A stretch of DNA of 59,831 nt from NCBI GenBank assembly GCA_964016885.1, contig CAXHJY010001115.1, positions 1 to 59,831 on the forward strand, in the 5' to 3' direction. Source of the DNA: Eledone cirrhosa (Eukaryota). Below are positions 1-23,994 of this stretch, in pieces. Made by a program: the position numbers and the translations under genes. The notes under the pieces are model-generated. The model was not told where the DNA came from. It saw nothing but the letters and a program-made list of their open reading frames with translations, and did no database searches. Numbering within the stretch: the first letter of the stretch is position 1; each line of letters begins with the position of its first letter.

Positions 1-2806
<2,806 letters not shown>

Positions 2807-5026
2807 GCGGCGATGAATTAGTTTTGCGAGGTTTTTTATATGAAATCGTGTGTCGAAACAGATATTGTTATATTTGGGGAGGGTCATATTTGCGTAATAT
2901 TGCCAGAATTAATAACAGAACACACTCACTGTTTGGTTGGTTTTCGCTTCTCGCTGTCTTTTATATATATATATCTGCGATCTAACTTACTCGGTCCTCA
3001 ATGTTGCCATTGACTGACCGGCGGTCAAAAATAATACAGATACAATATAGACAAACACATATATATATAGTTTACATAAATCTTTCGTTGCACATCTGCA
3101 ACATCGTCAGTGGTGTTATATTCATTGTTCCTCCTGTTGTGTTGTATGTCTACGCCATTTTTTTTGTTCAGTCTGTCTATATATTTATTTATTTATTTAT
3201 TTGCTTGTTTGTTTATCTTATTTTATTTTGTCTTCTTTGCGCATGCGTTTGCGTGTGTGTATAGTGTTATGTGTGATGTGTGACTAGTGTGTATAGTGTT
3301 GTGTCTGCTGGGTGACTAGTGTGTGTTTATGTGCTTGTGTATGTATTTATTTATCTTATTTTATTTAATTTAATTTACTTATTTATTTATACTTCTCTTA
3401 GGTCAGTGTTGTTTGTTTGGGTGTTGTTGTTGTTCCACTCATTCTTTCTGTTTAGCTTTGGTCTTCTAATTTCTATTTCACTGGCCTCTCTGATTTGCCT
3501 ATCTGCTGGGTCATTCCTATGTTTAGATATTATTCTAATTTCTATGTTGTCTATGTTACCGTCATGATGTTGTCTAGCATGTTCGTATAGTACTGACCCG
3601 TTTTTTCGTCCTTTTAGTTCCCCCCAGTGTTGGTCTATCCTTTCACCTATGCTACGAGCTGTCTCACCTATGTATGTTGTTGTCGTGTTTCTGCAAGTAC
3701 CCTCTGTACATCTTATGCTATAGACTACGTTTCTAGTTTTACAGTTTATCCGGGGGTTCACCTTACATATGATACATTTCCTATTGGTACAGTGGGTTTT
3801 CTTAAAAGGGTAGGTTTTGCTGATCAGGGATTTTATGGTGGTTCCTGGCTTTTCTACCACCTTTATTTTTAAGTGGGTCTTTCTCAGGGCCTTTCTACAC
3901 TGGTTAGCTAATTTCCCTCCAGGGGTGGCGTCCACAAACATGACACTCTGATATCTCTGGTTGTCGTACCATGATGTGGCCTTCCCTATCTTATGTCTAG
4001 CCCTATCTAAGCTATTCCATGATTTGCTCCTGTATAGTGGGCAAATTCCTTTCATGTCCAGTTCTATGAGGGTCTTATACTTTTCCATGGCTCCTTCGTA
4101 TACTCTGACTCTGTCTCTTTGGTTGTAGCCAGAGAACTGCATGCGGTTGATGAAGTGTTGGATGTGTCCTTCCATTTCTGTTGGGTCGCACATGCTGGAC
4201 ACATTCTTCATCACTCGTACCAAATCTGCGATCAGAATATTAAACTTAGCACTACTGGACATTGCTGAGTTTTTGAGTATCAGGTATTTGGAGGCCATGG
4301 GTTTAGCATAGTGTGAGTGGAGAATTTGGGCTCTCTCGTCTATAGTGTTAATCCAGAGTTCTGTGTCTAATACAGGTAGTCTATTGTTAGGGTGTTTGGA
4401 AGGGAAGTCTATAGTTACAGTTATACTCTGGTGTATGGAATTAGCTATCTGCTGGATGCTTTCCATCGTGCTACGTTCTAAATCAAACTTGTTAGTGCTC
4501 TCTAGTGGGGGTGTTCTTATAACTATATTTATATCGTCTACATAACGAGAGTACATGATGAGGTCTATGGAGCTTTCATTAAGGAGATCTTTAAGTCTCC
4601 TTTCCCACCATACCATGAAAAGGTTGGCAACATCGCCAGCTATGCTGACGCCGATGGCTGCTCCCTCATTTTGGGTGTAGATTTTCTCATTGAACTTAAA
4701 TATGTGGCCCTTTAGGGTAGTTTTGATACTAGCCCCTATTGCATGTGCGACCATTTTTCTTACCTGATCAGTGTTTTGGGGGGTCCGTATAGCTTTGGTC
4801 CACCCAATCCACCTTCCTATGGGAGTCTTTTTAGCCATTGAGGTTATGGTGGGGGGTCTACCTCTTATAGGTCTACTAGGGCAGAAACATCTAAGGTCAT
4901 GGCTGTCTAGGTAGTCAGTGTCGTAGGTAAGTCTAAGTAGGAGGCCCAGTTCGTCTGTGTCGACGTCGCAGAACTCCACCCTCTCAATGATCATCTCCAC
5001 ACATCTTTTCACAGCAAAATCAATGT
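2807..5026 (-). mobile_element. Penelope-like retroelement (RT + C-terminal GIY-YIG), 5'-truncated, left arm of a palindrome
   Basis: Reverse complement of 5150-7317 plus 55 extra nt; ORF 3387-5026 has YVDD RT motif and VVY...YIGET endonuclease motif. Confidence 0.93.
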
Positions 5027-6792
5027 CCCCAGATGTATGTGAAAGTACAGAGGACCTCCTCAGCAGAATCAGTGAGTGCAACAAAAACAGGAGCCTATCC
5101 AACTGCATAATAGGCAGCATGGATGTGGTGTCACTGTACCCATCCATTAACATTGATTTTGCTGTGAAAAGATGTGTGGAGATGATCATTGAGAGTGAGG
5201 TGGAGTTCTGCGACGTCGACACAGACGAACTGGGCCTCCTACTTAGACTTACCTACGACACTGACTACCTAGACAGCCATGACCTTAGATGTTTCTGCCC
5301 TAGTAGACCTATAAGAGGTAGACCCCCCACCATAACCTCAATGGCTAAAAAGACTCCCATAGGAAGGTGGATTGGGTGGACCAAAGCTATACGGACCCCC
5401 CAAAACACTGATCAGGTAAGAAAAATGGTCGCACATGCAATAGGGGCTAGTATCAAAACTACCCTAAAGGGCCACATATTTAAGTTCAATGAGAAAATCT
5501 ACACCCAAAATGAGGGAGCAGCCATCGGCGTCAGCATAGCTGGCGATGTTGCCAACCTTTTCATGGTATGGTGGGAAAGGAGACTTAAAGATCTCCTTAA
5601 TGAAAGCTCCATAGACCTCATCATGTACTCTCGTTATGTAGACGATATCAATATAGTTATAAGAACACCCCCACTAGAGAGCACTAACAAGTTTGATTTA
5701 GAACGTAGCACGATGGAAAGCATCCAGCAGATAGCTAATTCCATACACCAGAGTATAACTGTAACTATAGACTTCCCTTCCAAACACCCTAACAATAGAC
5801 TACCTGTATTAGACACAGAACTCTGGATTAACACTATAGACGAGAGAGCCCAAATTCTCCACTCACACTATGCTAAACCCATGGCCTCCAAATACCTGAT
5901 ACTCAAAAACTCAGCAATGTCCAGTAGTGCTAAGTTTAATATTCTGATCGCAGATTTGGTACGAGTGATGAAGAATGTGTCCAGCATGTGCGACCCAACA
6001 GAAATGGAAGGACACATCCAACACTTCATCAACCGCATGCAGTTCTCTGGCTACAACCAAAGAGACAGAGTCAGAGTATACGAAGGAGCCATGGAAAAGT
6101 ATAAGACCCTCATAGAACTGGACATGAAAGGAATTTGCCCACTATACAGGAGCAAATCATGGAATAGCTTAGATAGGGCTAGACATAAGATAGGGAAGGC
6201 CACATCATGGTACGACAACCAGAGATATCAGAGTGTCATGTTTGTGGACGCCACCCCTGGAGGGAAATTAGCTAACCAGTGTAGAAAGGCCCTGAGAAAG
6301 ACCCACTTAAAAATAAAGGTGGTAGAAAAGCCAGGAACCACCATAAAATCCCTGATCAGCAAAACCTACCCTTTTAAGAAAACCCACTGTACCAATAGGA
6401 AATGTATCATATGTAAGGTGAACCCCCGGATAAACTGTAAAACTAGAAACGTAGTCTATAGCATAAGATGTACAGAGGGTACTTGCAGAAACACGACAAC
6501 AACATACATAGGTGAGACAGCTCGTAGCATAGGTGAAAGGATAGACCAACACTGGGGGGAACTAAAAGGACGAAAAAACGGGTCAGTACTATACGAACAT
6601 GCTAGACAACATCATGACGGTAACATAGACAACATAGAAATTAGAATAATATCTAAACATAGGAATGACCCAGCAGATAGGCAAATCAGAGAGGCCAGTG
6701 AAATAGAAATTAGAAGACCAAAGCTAAACAGAAAGAATGAGTGGAACAACAACAACACCCAAACAAACAACACTGACCTAAGAGAAGTATAA
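5027..6792 (+). CDS. Partial Penelope-like RT-GIY-YIG polyprotein (5' end missing)
   Basis: Open frame to TAA at 6792; the first ~23 residues of the track ORF come from the inverted arm and are not native. Confidence 0.85.
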
Positions 6793-7065
6793 ATAAATAA
6801 GTAAATTAAATTAAATAAAATAAGATAAATAAATACATACACAAGCACATAAACACACACTAGTCACCCAGCAGACACAACACTATACACACTAGTCACA
6901 CATCACACATAACACTATACACACACGCAAACGCATGCGCAAAGAAGACAAAATAAAATAAGATAAACAAACAAGCAAATAAATAAATAAATAAATATAT
7001 AGACAGACTGAACAAAAAAATGGCGTAGACATACAACACAACAGGAGGAACAATGAATATAACAC

Positions 7066-7104
7066 CACTGACGATGTTGCAGATGGTGCAACGAAAGATT
7101 TATG
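7066..7104 (+). ncRNA. Minimal type I hammerhead ribozyme motif in the pseudo-LTR (mirror copy at 3075-3112, - strand)
   Basis: CTGACGA-T-GTTGCA-gatgg-TGCAAC-GAAA-GATT-TA; stem II perfect, stem I only about 2 bp. Confidence 0.65.
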
Positions 7105-7317
7105 TAAACTATATATATATGTGTTTGTCTATATTGTATCTGTATTATTTTTGACCGCCGGTCAGTCAATGGCAACATTGAGGACCGAGTAAGTTAGATC
7201 GCAGATATATATATATAAAAGACAGCGAGAAGCGAAAACCAACCAAACAGTGAGTGTGTTCTGTTATTAATTCTGGCAATATTACGCAAATATGACCCTC
7301 CCCAAATATAACAATAT

Positions 7318-9891
<2,574 letters not shown>

Positions 9892-10656
9892 CCCCGTGTC
9901 AAAATCGATACGAGACCTGGGCATAGACATGAGCGATGATGCATCTTTTTCTTCACACATCATGAAGGTGGCGACAGCATGTAGACGATTCGCTGGCTGG
10001 ATCTTGAGGACTTTCCTTACAAGAGATCGAGACACCATGTTGACACTGTGGAGGACTTTTGTCCTAAGCCGCCTGGACTACTGCTCCCAGCTGTGGTCAC
10101 CCCATAGTGTCAAACTAACCACAGAGCTTGAGGCAATCCAGCGAAGCTACACCAAGAGGATTGCCAAGATGAGGGAGACAAGCTACTGGGAGAGGCTGAA
10201 GGAACTGAACCTCTACTCCTTGGAGCGAAGACGGGAGAGATACGCAGTGATCTACATGTGGAAAATCCTGGAGGGACTAGCACCAAACTTTGGCATTGGG
10301 AGCTGGACCAACCGTCGAACAGGACGTCACTGTGTGGTGCCAAAGGTCCCGTCTTCCACATCTAGAATAAGGAGCAGGTATTGCAATAGCCTGGGATTCA
10401 AGGGCCCTCAACTCTTCAACAGGCTGCCGAGGCATCTGCGAGACTTGCATGACGTGGAGGTGGATGTCTTTAAGAAACATCTCGACACCTTGTTATCCAG
10501 GATCCCGGATGAGCCCACAGCAAGACACGAGGGAAACCTAAGGGCAGCAGCAACAAACTCCCTCCTACACCAGTGGCCAACCTATACAGGCTGGAGATAA
10601 AATGTGTAGCAACAAGGGCGGTGCCCCAGCATGGCCTCAGCCGGATGGCCAAACAC
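9892..10656 (+). mobile_element. CR1/L2-group LINE, 3' fragment (family 1)
   Basis: IRDLG...[11 protein letters not shown]...[11 protein letters not shown]...IPDEP ORF2 C-terminus, stop at 10600, short 3' UTR. Confidence 0.85.
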
Positions 10657-11650
10657 AGCAACATTAAAATTTTCGCTGATGATTCCAAGCTCCAAAAGGT
10701 CATCAATGGCGTGGATGACCGGATAAGCCTTCAGTCAGACCTACTGGCTGTTACCCAATGGGCAGAAAAGAACAACATGTTACTGAACGAAGACAAATTC
10801 GAACTGATCCACTTTGGAAAAGAGGATGCTCTGAAACTCCCGTACTCCCTTCCCTCCGGGGAAACTCTCGTGGCATCTAACAACATCAGAGACTTGGGAG
10901 TAACCGTGGACAGCAACATAAGCTGGACCACGCATATAAGCAGCAAAGTTGACATGGCCCGCAGAATGTGTTCCTGGATCCTCAGAACCTTCCAGTCGAG
11001 AGATTCCCGCACCATTATCCTTCTCTTCTCTACTTTCGCCCGACCACACCTTGAATACTGTTGTCCACTGTGGTCTCCCCACACGAAACAAAGTATCATG
11101 AAACTTGAAGCTCCTCAAAGGGCAATCACGAAAAAGATAGATGGCATGTCAGACCTTGACTACTGGGGTCGATTAGAAAACCTGAAACTTTACTCACTCC
11201 AACGTCGCCGTGAGCGTTATATTATCTGCATGATGTGGAAAATGTTCCATCATCACTGCCCAAATGATGTTGGCATCGCCTTCAAGATACACCCAAGGCT
11301 TGGGCCCCGTGCTATCCGTCCCATTCAAAAATCTAAATCGCAACTCATAACAACAATACGGCACAATTATTTCACCTCAATCGGCCCTGCTCTCTTCAAC
11401 ATCACACCAGGACACGTCAAAACAGAAACTGACCACACAAAATTCAAGAAGTCTTTGGACAAATTCCTCCAAGTAATCCCGGACAAACCACCCACACCCG
11501 GATATGTCTCCGCAAACAATAATTCTCTTCTCGAAAGGGCCATGGTGCCCAAATCCTGAATTGAAAGACTTCGCCAGGTGGTGCTATTAAGTTAGACATG
11601 GCCTGGACCAATACTGGCCAAAATATTTCAAAGTTATTCAAAGTTATTTA
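10651..11650 (+). mobile_element. CR1/L2-group LINE, 3' fragment (family 2)
   Basis: FADD RT motif, RDLG, LEYCCPLWSP, LYSLQRRRERY; stop at 11559; tail of AAAGTTATT repeats. Confidence 0.87.
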
Positions 11651-16349
<4,699 letters not shown>

Positions 16350-16624
16350 GCCAGTTAAACCTCTTCAAATGCAAGTCGGTGTTATAACGGTATGTCGAAT
16401 TTATTTATCTATAAAACTGTTTATATTGTATTTTGTCTGAGGAAGGCATAGCATATTGTTAATATGATATCCCCGAAATATATATAATGAAATAAATATG
16501 GTTTTATAAATATAGTTTCCATTTATTTAATATTGTAAATATACTCCAAATATTTGTCGAGTGCTTTTATATCAGTTATAAATATTTACTAGTTGTAACC
16601 CAACAATTTTAAATATAACTTTCC
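16350..16624 (+). mobile_element. Short repeat with a degenerate hammerhead motif (probable PLE pseudo-LTR remnant)
   Basis: CTGAGGA...CATATT-gtt-AATATG...CCCC-GAAA at 16437-16478; homologous to 47138-47361. Confidence 0.5.
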
Positions 16625-16651
16625 ATGCATGTATATATGTATATGTATATG

Positions 16652-16704
<53 letters not shown>

Positions 16705-16720
16705 GTATGTATATATATAT

Positions 16721-17677
16721 ACTAGACATGAAAAATGCGCAAGCTCAAAAGTGCCACAGAATGTTATAATAAACCTTCAAAAGTGTGGGACTAGAGTTGT
16801 TGCTAAAAAATATTGTAATCATTATATATCGTACATTCTGTGGCATCCTTTATAAAAATAGCTTAAACCAACGAAGCCTTTATTTTTACGCTATTTCACT
16901 TAGTTAATTCTTAGAGTGTAACATATAAAAATATGATTTACAACTATAAAATAAATTAATTAATATAATAACAGAGCTGCGGAGCTGAAATTTAGGAAAT
17001 AATGGAGTATCGGATCCTGAGTTGAAGCCAGTCAATTTTTGGCCGACTCCACAGCCCTGTATAATACATTTCATATTAAAGTTATTAATAAACCTATTTT
17101 ACACTTCATGCAAATTACCACGAGATATTGATATTAGATATAAGATACAGCGCAATATCTACAGCTGTAAAAGTACGAAAGCGAAGTAATAATAAGTGGC
17201 TTAAGGTAATTCCAATATGAAAGTTTGTAGTGATAAAAATTTGATAATGCAATACGATTGTTAATATTATAGTTCTATGAAAATGTAACAATAGATAACT
17301 AAATTATTTTACTATTAGTATATTTAAGAAATTATCATTATAGATTTGATCGTTCATATAAGCATCATATTAAGTTTCAACACAATTATTTTGTTACTAT
17401 GAGTATATGATAATAATATTACGTAATTATTTATAGCTGTTATTACATTAAACATAGATGTATTTATTTTTATATGTTACACTCTAAGAATTAACTAAGT
17501 GAAATAGCGTAAAAATAAAGGCTTCGTTGGTTTAAGCTATTTTTATAAAGGATGCCACAGAATGTACGATATATAATGATTACAATATTTTTTAGCAACA
17601 ACTCTAGTCCCACACTTTTGAAGGTTTATTATAACATTCTGTGGCACTTTTGAGCTTGCGCATTTTTCATGTCTAGT
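16721..17677. repeat. 213-bp apparently perfect inverted repeat (16721-16933 / 17465-17677) with a ~530-bp spacer; MITE or fold-back duplication
   Basis: Arms compared by eye: ACTAGACATGAAAAATGCGC... versus ...GCGCATTTTTCATGTCTAGT. Confidence 0.9.
16972..17059. mobile_element. Very small hAT-like MITE
   Basis: Imperfect TIRs CAGAGCTGCGGAG / CTCCACAGCCCTG; flanks TATAATAA / TATAATAC (7 of 8 bp TSD). Confidence 0.55.
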
Positions 17678-18246
17678 TTAATATTTTTTTAAGGCAACGC
17701 TTGTAATAACTCTAGTTAAACAGGATATATATTAATAATAAATTATCGTTGTAATGTAATTAGATTATGTAATTGTTATTATAAATTATCTTATAAATAT
17801 TAGTGTAAGATGTATAAAAATATTTTCAGACTTTTAATATAAACAACTACAAAAAACAATCAATATTAAATCAATATATTATACATAATAGAAAACATAA
17901 AATATACAATACAAAAACAAAATATTTACATACAATTGCAATTATCAGTGTATATACATTTTCTTTATATTCCCTGAGCAAATTAATAAGATTTGTTTTT
18001 ATTGTACATAATTTGATGACTTGTTGGAGTGTATTAAAAGATAGCAACAATTTGTGATTAAATTGTTATCTTAAGCAACTCACTTTTTAATAGTTGTTGG
18101 CTGAGCGAAATTGTAAAAGCCTATGAGCAAATATAAAAAAAAATACACAAACAACATTTCCTTGTGTTATTACAACATTAGATAAAATAATTGAGCAATG
18201 TCGTTATATTTTGCTCTTATTGCACATTAATAGTGTTTCTATTTTT

Positions 18247-18395
18247 CGGCACAAATCCATTACGGCAGTCCATTACTGGTACTTTATTTTATCGAATTAG
18301 TAAGTATGAAAGTCGAAGTTAACCTCGGCAGGATTTGAACTTAGAATGCAAAGGACCATAACAATACTGCAAAGCATGGTGTCTGACGCTCTACC
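18247..18395 (-). mobile_element. tRNA-derived SINE (family also at 39670-39836, 40780-40945, 43030-43240, 43245-43378, 44833-44902, 47399-47508)
   Basis: Reverse complement matches GGTAGAGCGTCAGACACCATGC...GAGTTCAAATCC...GAGGTTAACTTTGCCTTTCATCC...AATAAAGTACCAG. Confidence 0.7.
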
Positions 18396-20158
18396 AATAC
18401 TTGTGTTGAGCTGGTCATTAATTTATGGTGGTCGTGCGTGGAGTAGAGCAATCGCTAGTTGAAATATTATGAACAAAACATTTTTATTTGCCGAAGAACA
18501 TATTTTCAATACTGTTGTGAATGTGACGAAGGAAATACATTCTGATATGGAACAGTGTACAAAGTGTGTCTGTGAATAACATAATGTTACCTCATGTTGT
18601 TGTCAAGACATAATGGATTTCGTATATCCAGTTAGAAGATGAAACCTAGCCATCTCGGATTAGTTATATTTCATGCCATGTGTAAAACGTGTTTGAGGAT
18701 AGCAAAATATGCGCGTTAATTATAATAATTAGTTAATAATATTACAAAATATACCTAATTAAACTCTTTGCTTGAAATTTTATCATTCTTCGTTTATATA
18801 TATATATAGAGAGAGAGAGAGAGGGAGAGAGATTTATCTAGTCCTTCGCTCAAGATTAATCTATAAGTTTAGATGTTTGCCTTCGTTTAAGTAAATATTA
18901 CAGTAAGATTTTTAATATAAACAACTACAAAAAACAATTAATATTAAAACGAAAAAATTATCAATGATAAAAGAAGCGGATGCAACTTTTTTTTTTATAA
19001 AGTTATATTCCTGTTTCTTTAAAGAACATTTCATTTTTGTTCTATTGTAGGCGAAATAATGCAATGGTTTAATAGGGAAGATATAACTTACGAATTATGT
19101 CTCTAACCGTGTAACGCTTTTAAGTAGATAACTACAATTGAAAATACTAAAGAAATGGAACCAACAATTCAATTTGAAAGTCGTCTAGTGACAGTGTATT
19201 ACTGGTACTTTATTTTATCGACCCCGTAACGATGAAAGGCAAAAATGCAAATGCTTAAATTTAAATTGCCTTAATTCTATCGTCTGCTGTTTCATTAAAG
19301 GGAGATTATCGTCTGTATTTAATTCTATCGTCTACTGTTCCACTAAACAGATATACCTCCACTATCGTCTCTATTTATACATTTTAACTTATAACTTATA
19401 CACATTTGATTTGAAATATTTTATCTAGTCCCCCCTCTCAATATTATGATGATTTCTTTCGAATGAAACAGTTCTAGTCCTGTAGAAGCCATTTATATAT
19501 ATAATTGAACTGAGTTAAAAATTCACAATATTTATAATTAAATAAGCTCATATATATATGTGTGTATTTATCTGTTTATTGTATTATATATAATGTGTGT
19601 ATATACAGGATGTCCCCCAAAAATATATACACACTTCAACAGCATTCTAATAACTATTGCCTGTACAGGTAATCAAAGTGTCAATCGAATGTTAGTTTCG
19701 TGTTTTAACAGTACAAATTTACAATACACACATAAAACCAGTGTATATACATACATGAATGTGTATATACAATATATATGTATATATATATAGACACATA
19801 TATTCACGGTGCAACGGTACATTAAAATATAGATGCGGGAGAGGGGGGGTGTATATATAGGGGCGCTGGGGATAAAGGAGTGTAAAGCGTGTGTAATTGA
19901 TATATTGAAGGAGAGGAGCGTGCAGCGATAGAGTAACAAATATATAGAGAGGGGGAGAGATGGTATTGAAGGGGAGGAGTGCAAAGCGAAAGAGTAAGAG
20001 ATATATATAGAGACGGAACAGATAGAGAGAAACAGGCGTAAGTAACAGTGGAAGAGATATAGAGAGAGGTACTCTGATTGATTGAAAATTAGCCAATGAC
20101 ATACGATCACCACCACCACGGCTATCCCCGAAAAATTTTTATAAAAGCTAGGCATATA

Positions 20159-20213
20159 TGTTAGAACACGAAAAGTGAACATTCTGTTGTTTCACACTTT
20201 TCGTGTTCTAACA
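20159..20213. repeat. 19-bp perfect hairpin abutting a microsatellite
   Basis: TGTTAGAACACGAAAAGTG / CACTTTTCGTGTTCTAACA with a 17-nt loop. Confidence 0.9.
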
Positions 20214-21217
<1,004 letters not shown>

Positions 21218-23836
21218 CATCATCATCATCAACGTTTAATGTCCGTGTTCCACGCTTGCATGGGTTTGGACGGGGGTAGTCCCACTTGAGGCAAGAGTGA
21301 TTGTCTTGCTCGCATAGGACTGTCTGGCAGGTTTCTACAGTTGGATGCCCTTCCTAACACCAACCACATTACAGTGTGGGTCTGGGAGGTTTTTACCGTG
21401 TTGCCTACACGGCCACATTACAGCGTGGACTGTGTGTTTTTTTGTCGTGACACCTACACGATCTCATTTGTTTCGGCCTGGATGGCGCGGCACCAACATA
21501 ACTTTACATAGAACGGGGTGGTGTGGATGGGGTTTGGGGTGGGACGGGGTGTATTTTGTTAGATATGCCTACTGGCAAGGCGGGTCTTCTCTGTTACTGA
21601 GTACCGCCAAAGGTCTCGGTCCAGTGACATTGTCTTGGAGAGGTGTAAGTGTGTGAGGTCGGAGTTTATCAGCTCATCCCATGTTTTTCTAGGTCTGCCT
21701 ATTCCGTGGCTACCGTCTATCTTTATTGCCCTGCACTTTGTAATACAGCTATCGACTTTCATGCGCATCACGTGTCCATACCAACGCAGCCTTCTCTCGA
21801 GTAAACAACATCTGATCCCTCTTATCTCTAATTTTTTCCTTAGTTCGTTTATGCTTTGCCGTTCACGTATATTACTGTTACACATCCAGCGGAGCATGCA
21901 AGCTTCGTTCCTCTCTAGTCTGCGTATATCCTCTGCACACAATGCCCAGGTCTCACTACCATGCAACATTGCTGTTCGTATGCAGGCATCGTACAACCTG
22001 CCTTTCATTTTTAGGGAGAACCCTTTAGCAGCTAATAGTGGTATAAGCTCTCTGAACTTTTTCCAACCAGTTCTGACTCTAGCTACAGTACTTTCAGAGC
22101 ACCCTCCCCCACTGCTGATTTTATCGCCCAGGTAACGGAAGCTGTCCACTATTTCTATAGAACCCTCTGCGCAATTGAAAGAGCTAGTATTTTGTGGGCA
22201 CTTGCTGCTACTTATTGCACCAGAACACCGGCCACATGTAAAGTCTATGTTCTTAGTTAGCTTACCTGTGATCCCACTACATCTTTTATGCACCCATACT
22301 TTGCATTTAGGACATAAGATGGAGTTTCTACCTACGCCTTTCCTACATACCGAGCACGACCATTTCCCAGAAGGGACCGCCGCCTTGTTTTCTTTCCTAC
22401 AAACTAGAACTTTGGTCTTAGCCAGGTTAATTTTAAGTCCTTTTGACTCTAGGCCGTGCTTCCATGTTTGGAATTTCTTCTCTAGCTCGGCCATTGATTC
22501 CGCTATGAGTGTCAGGTCGTCTGCGTATAGGAGTTCCCATGGGCAGCCTGTCTTGAACTCCTCTGTTATAGCCTGAAGGGCAATAATAAATAGTAGGGGG
22601 CTGAGAACAGAGCCCTGATGGACGCCAACTTTTACGCTAAACTCTTCACTATATTCGTTGTTAATTCTAACCTTGCTGACTGTTTCTTTATACATGGCTT
22701 GTATAGCCCTCACAAGCCATTCGTCAACGCCTAGTTTTCTAAGAGCCCACCAGATAATGGAGCGGGGGACTCTGTCGAAGGCTTTCTCCAGGTCGACAAA
22801 AGCTAAGTAGAGGGGTTTACCTTTAGCTAGGTACTTCTCCTGTAGTTGTCGTACTATGAAAAGAGCGTCTGTGGTGCTTTTGCCTGACACAAACCCGAAC
22901 TGCATTTCATCTAGATCAATTCTCTCTCTGATTAGTTGCGCTATTACTTTTTCCGTGACCTTCATGACCTGGTCGATTAATTTAATGCCTCTATAGTTAC
23001 TCCTATCTAGGGCGTCTCCTTTACCCTTATAACAGTTAACGATGATGCTGCTATGCCAGTCCTTCGGAACAACCCCATTCTGTACGACTTGGTTAACTAT
23101 GCGGGTGACCATGGTGTGTCCCACCGTGCCAGATGCCTTCAGCATCTCAGCAACTATTTCCGAAGGCCCAGCCGCCTTACCAGTCTTCATATCCTTGATT
23201 GCCTTACTTATTATACTCCCCTCGACTAACACTGCTGGTCCCTCTATCGGGTCGATATGGGGGAGACTGTCTTTCTCCCATTTATTCTCCTCATTTAGTA
23301 GCCTTTCATAGTGACACTTCCAAGCTACCTTCTTATCAGTGTCGGTGATGGCAAGTATGCCATCATCGTTAAGTACACACTTCTCCCCGACAATATCACG
23401 GTTTTCCTTGACGCATTGCCTGGCAATCCTGAACACCTCACGTTTTTGGTCATCGCGTTGTAGAACATGCTTGAACTTTCTTTCCTCAGCTTCCCTTCTT
23501 GCTAAGTACACTTCTCTCCTAGCTTCCCTCCTGGCCACTTGATAGTCTACTCTACTTCCCCCATCCCGCCATACTTTCCAAGCCTGCTTTTTGGCCTTAA
23601 TTGACCCCTCCACCCTACTGTTCCACCACCATGTTACTCTCCTCCTGCCTACAGGCCTGCTCCAGCCACAGACTTCGTCTGTCGCCAACAGCAGGTTTGC
23701 TTTCAGAAATTCCCACTGTCCCTCTATATTGTCCGATTCTAGATGCTCTTCCTTACTGTCGAAAGCATCAAGTAATATGCTTTGACATTTATTTCTGGCT
23801 GTGGGGTCCTTTAGTTTCCATATTTTCCTCCTGAGG
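21218..23836 (-). mobile_element. RTE-clade LINE subfamily A, 5'-truncated, RT frame open
   Basis: ORF 21559-23688: [41 protein letters not shown]; (GAT)n tail. Confidence 0.95.
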
Positions 23837-23861
23837 ATGTGTATATATATATATGTCTATA

Positions 23862-23902
<41 letters not shown>

Positions 23903-23945
23903 ATATATATGTGTATATATATGTGTATATATATATGTGTGTATA

Positions 23946-23994
<49 letters not shown>

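Larger units (their letters stand above)
5027..7317 (+). mobile_element. Penelope-like retroelement (Neptune-like), 5'-truncated, right arm of the palindrome, with 3' pseudo-LTR
   Basis: MDVVSLYPSI, GAAIG and YVDD RT motifs; Cys-rich linker HCTNRKCIIC; GIY-YIG-type NVVYSIRC...YIGETARSIGERIDQH; the 3' region ends in the ORF start MTLPKYNN (ATG 7292). Confidence 0.93.

Noticed and set aside
7189-7250. Possible PLE 5' UTR intron (GTAAGT...CAG)
   Set aside because: Donor is good but the acceptor lacks a pyrimidine tract; cannot be supported without transcripts
17832-18948. 39-bp direct repeat at 17832-17870 and 18910-18948
   Set aside because: AT-rich, with no LTR or TSD context or other support
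19604-19740. Tc1/mariner-like left end TA|CAGGATGTCCCCC
   Set aside because: No matching right TIR or transposase found; too weak to call
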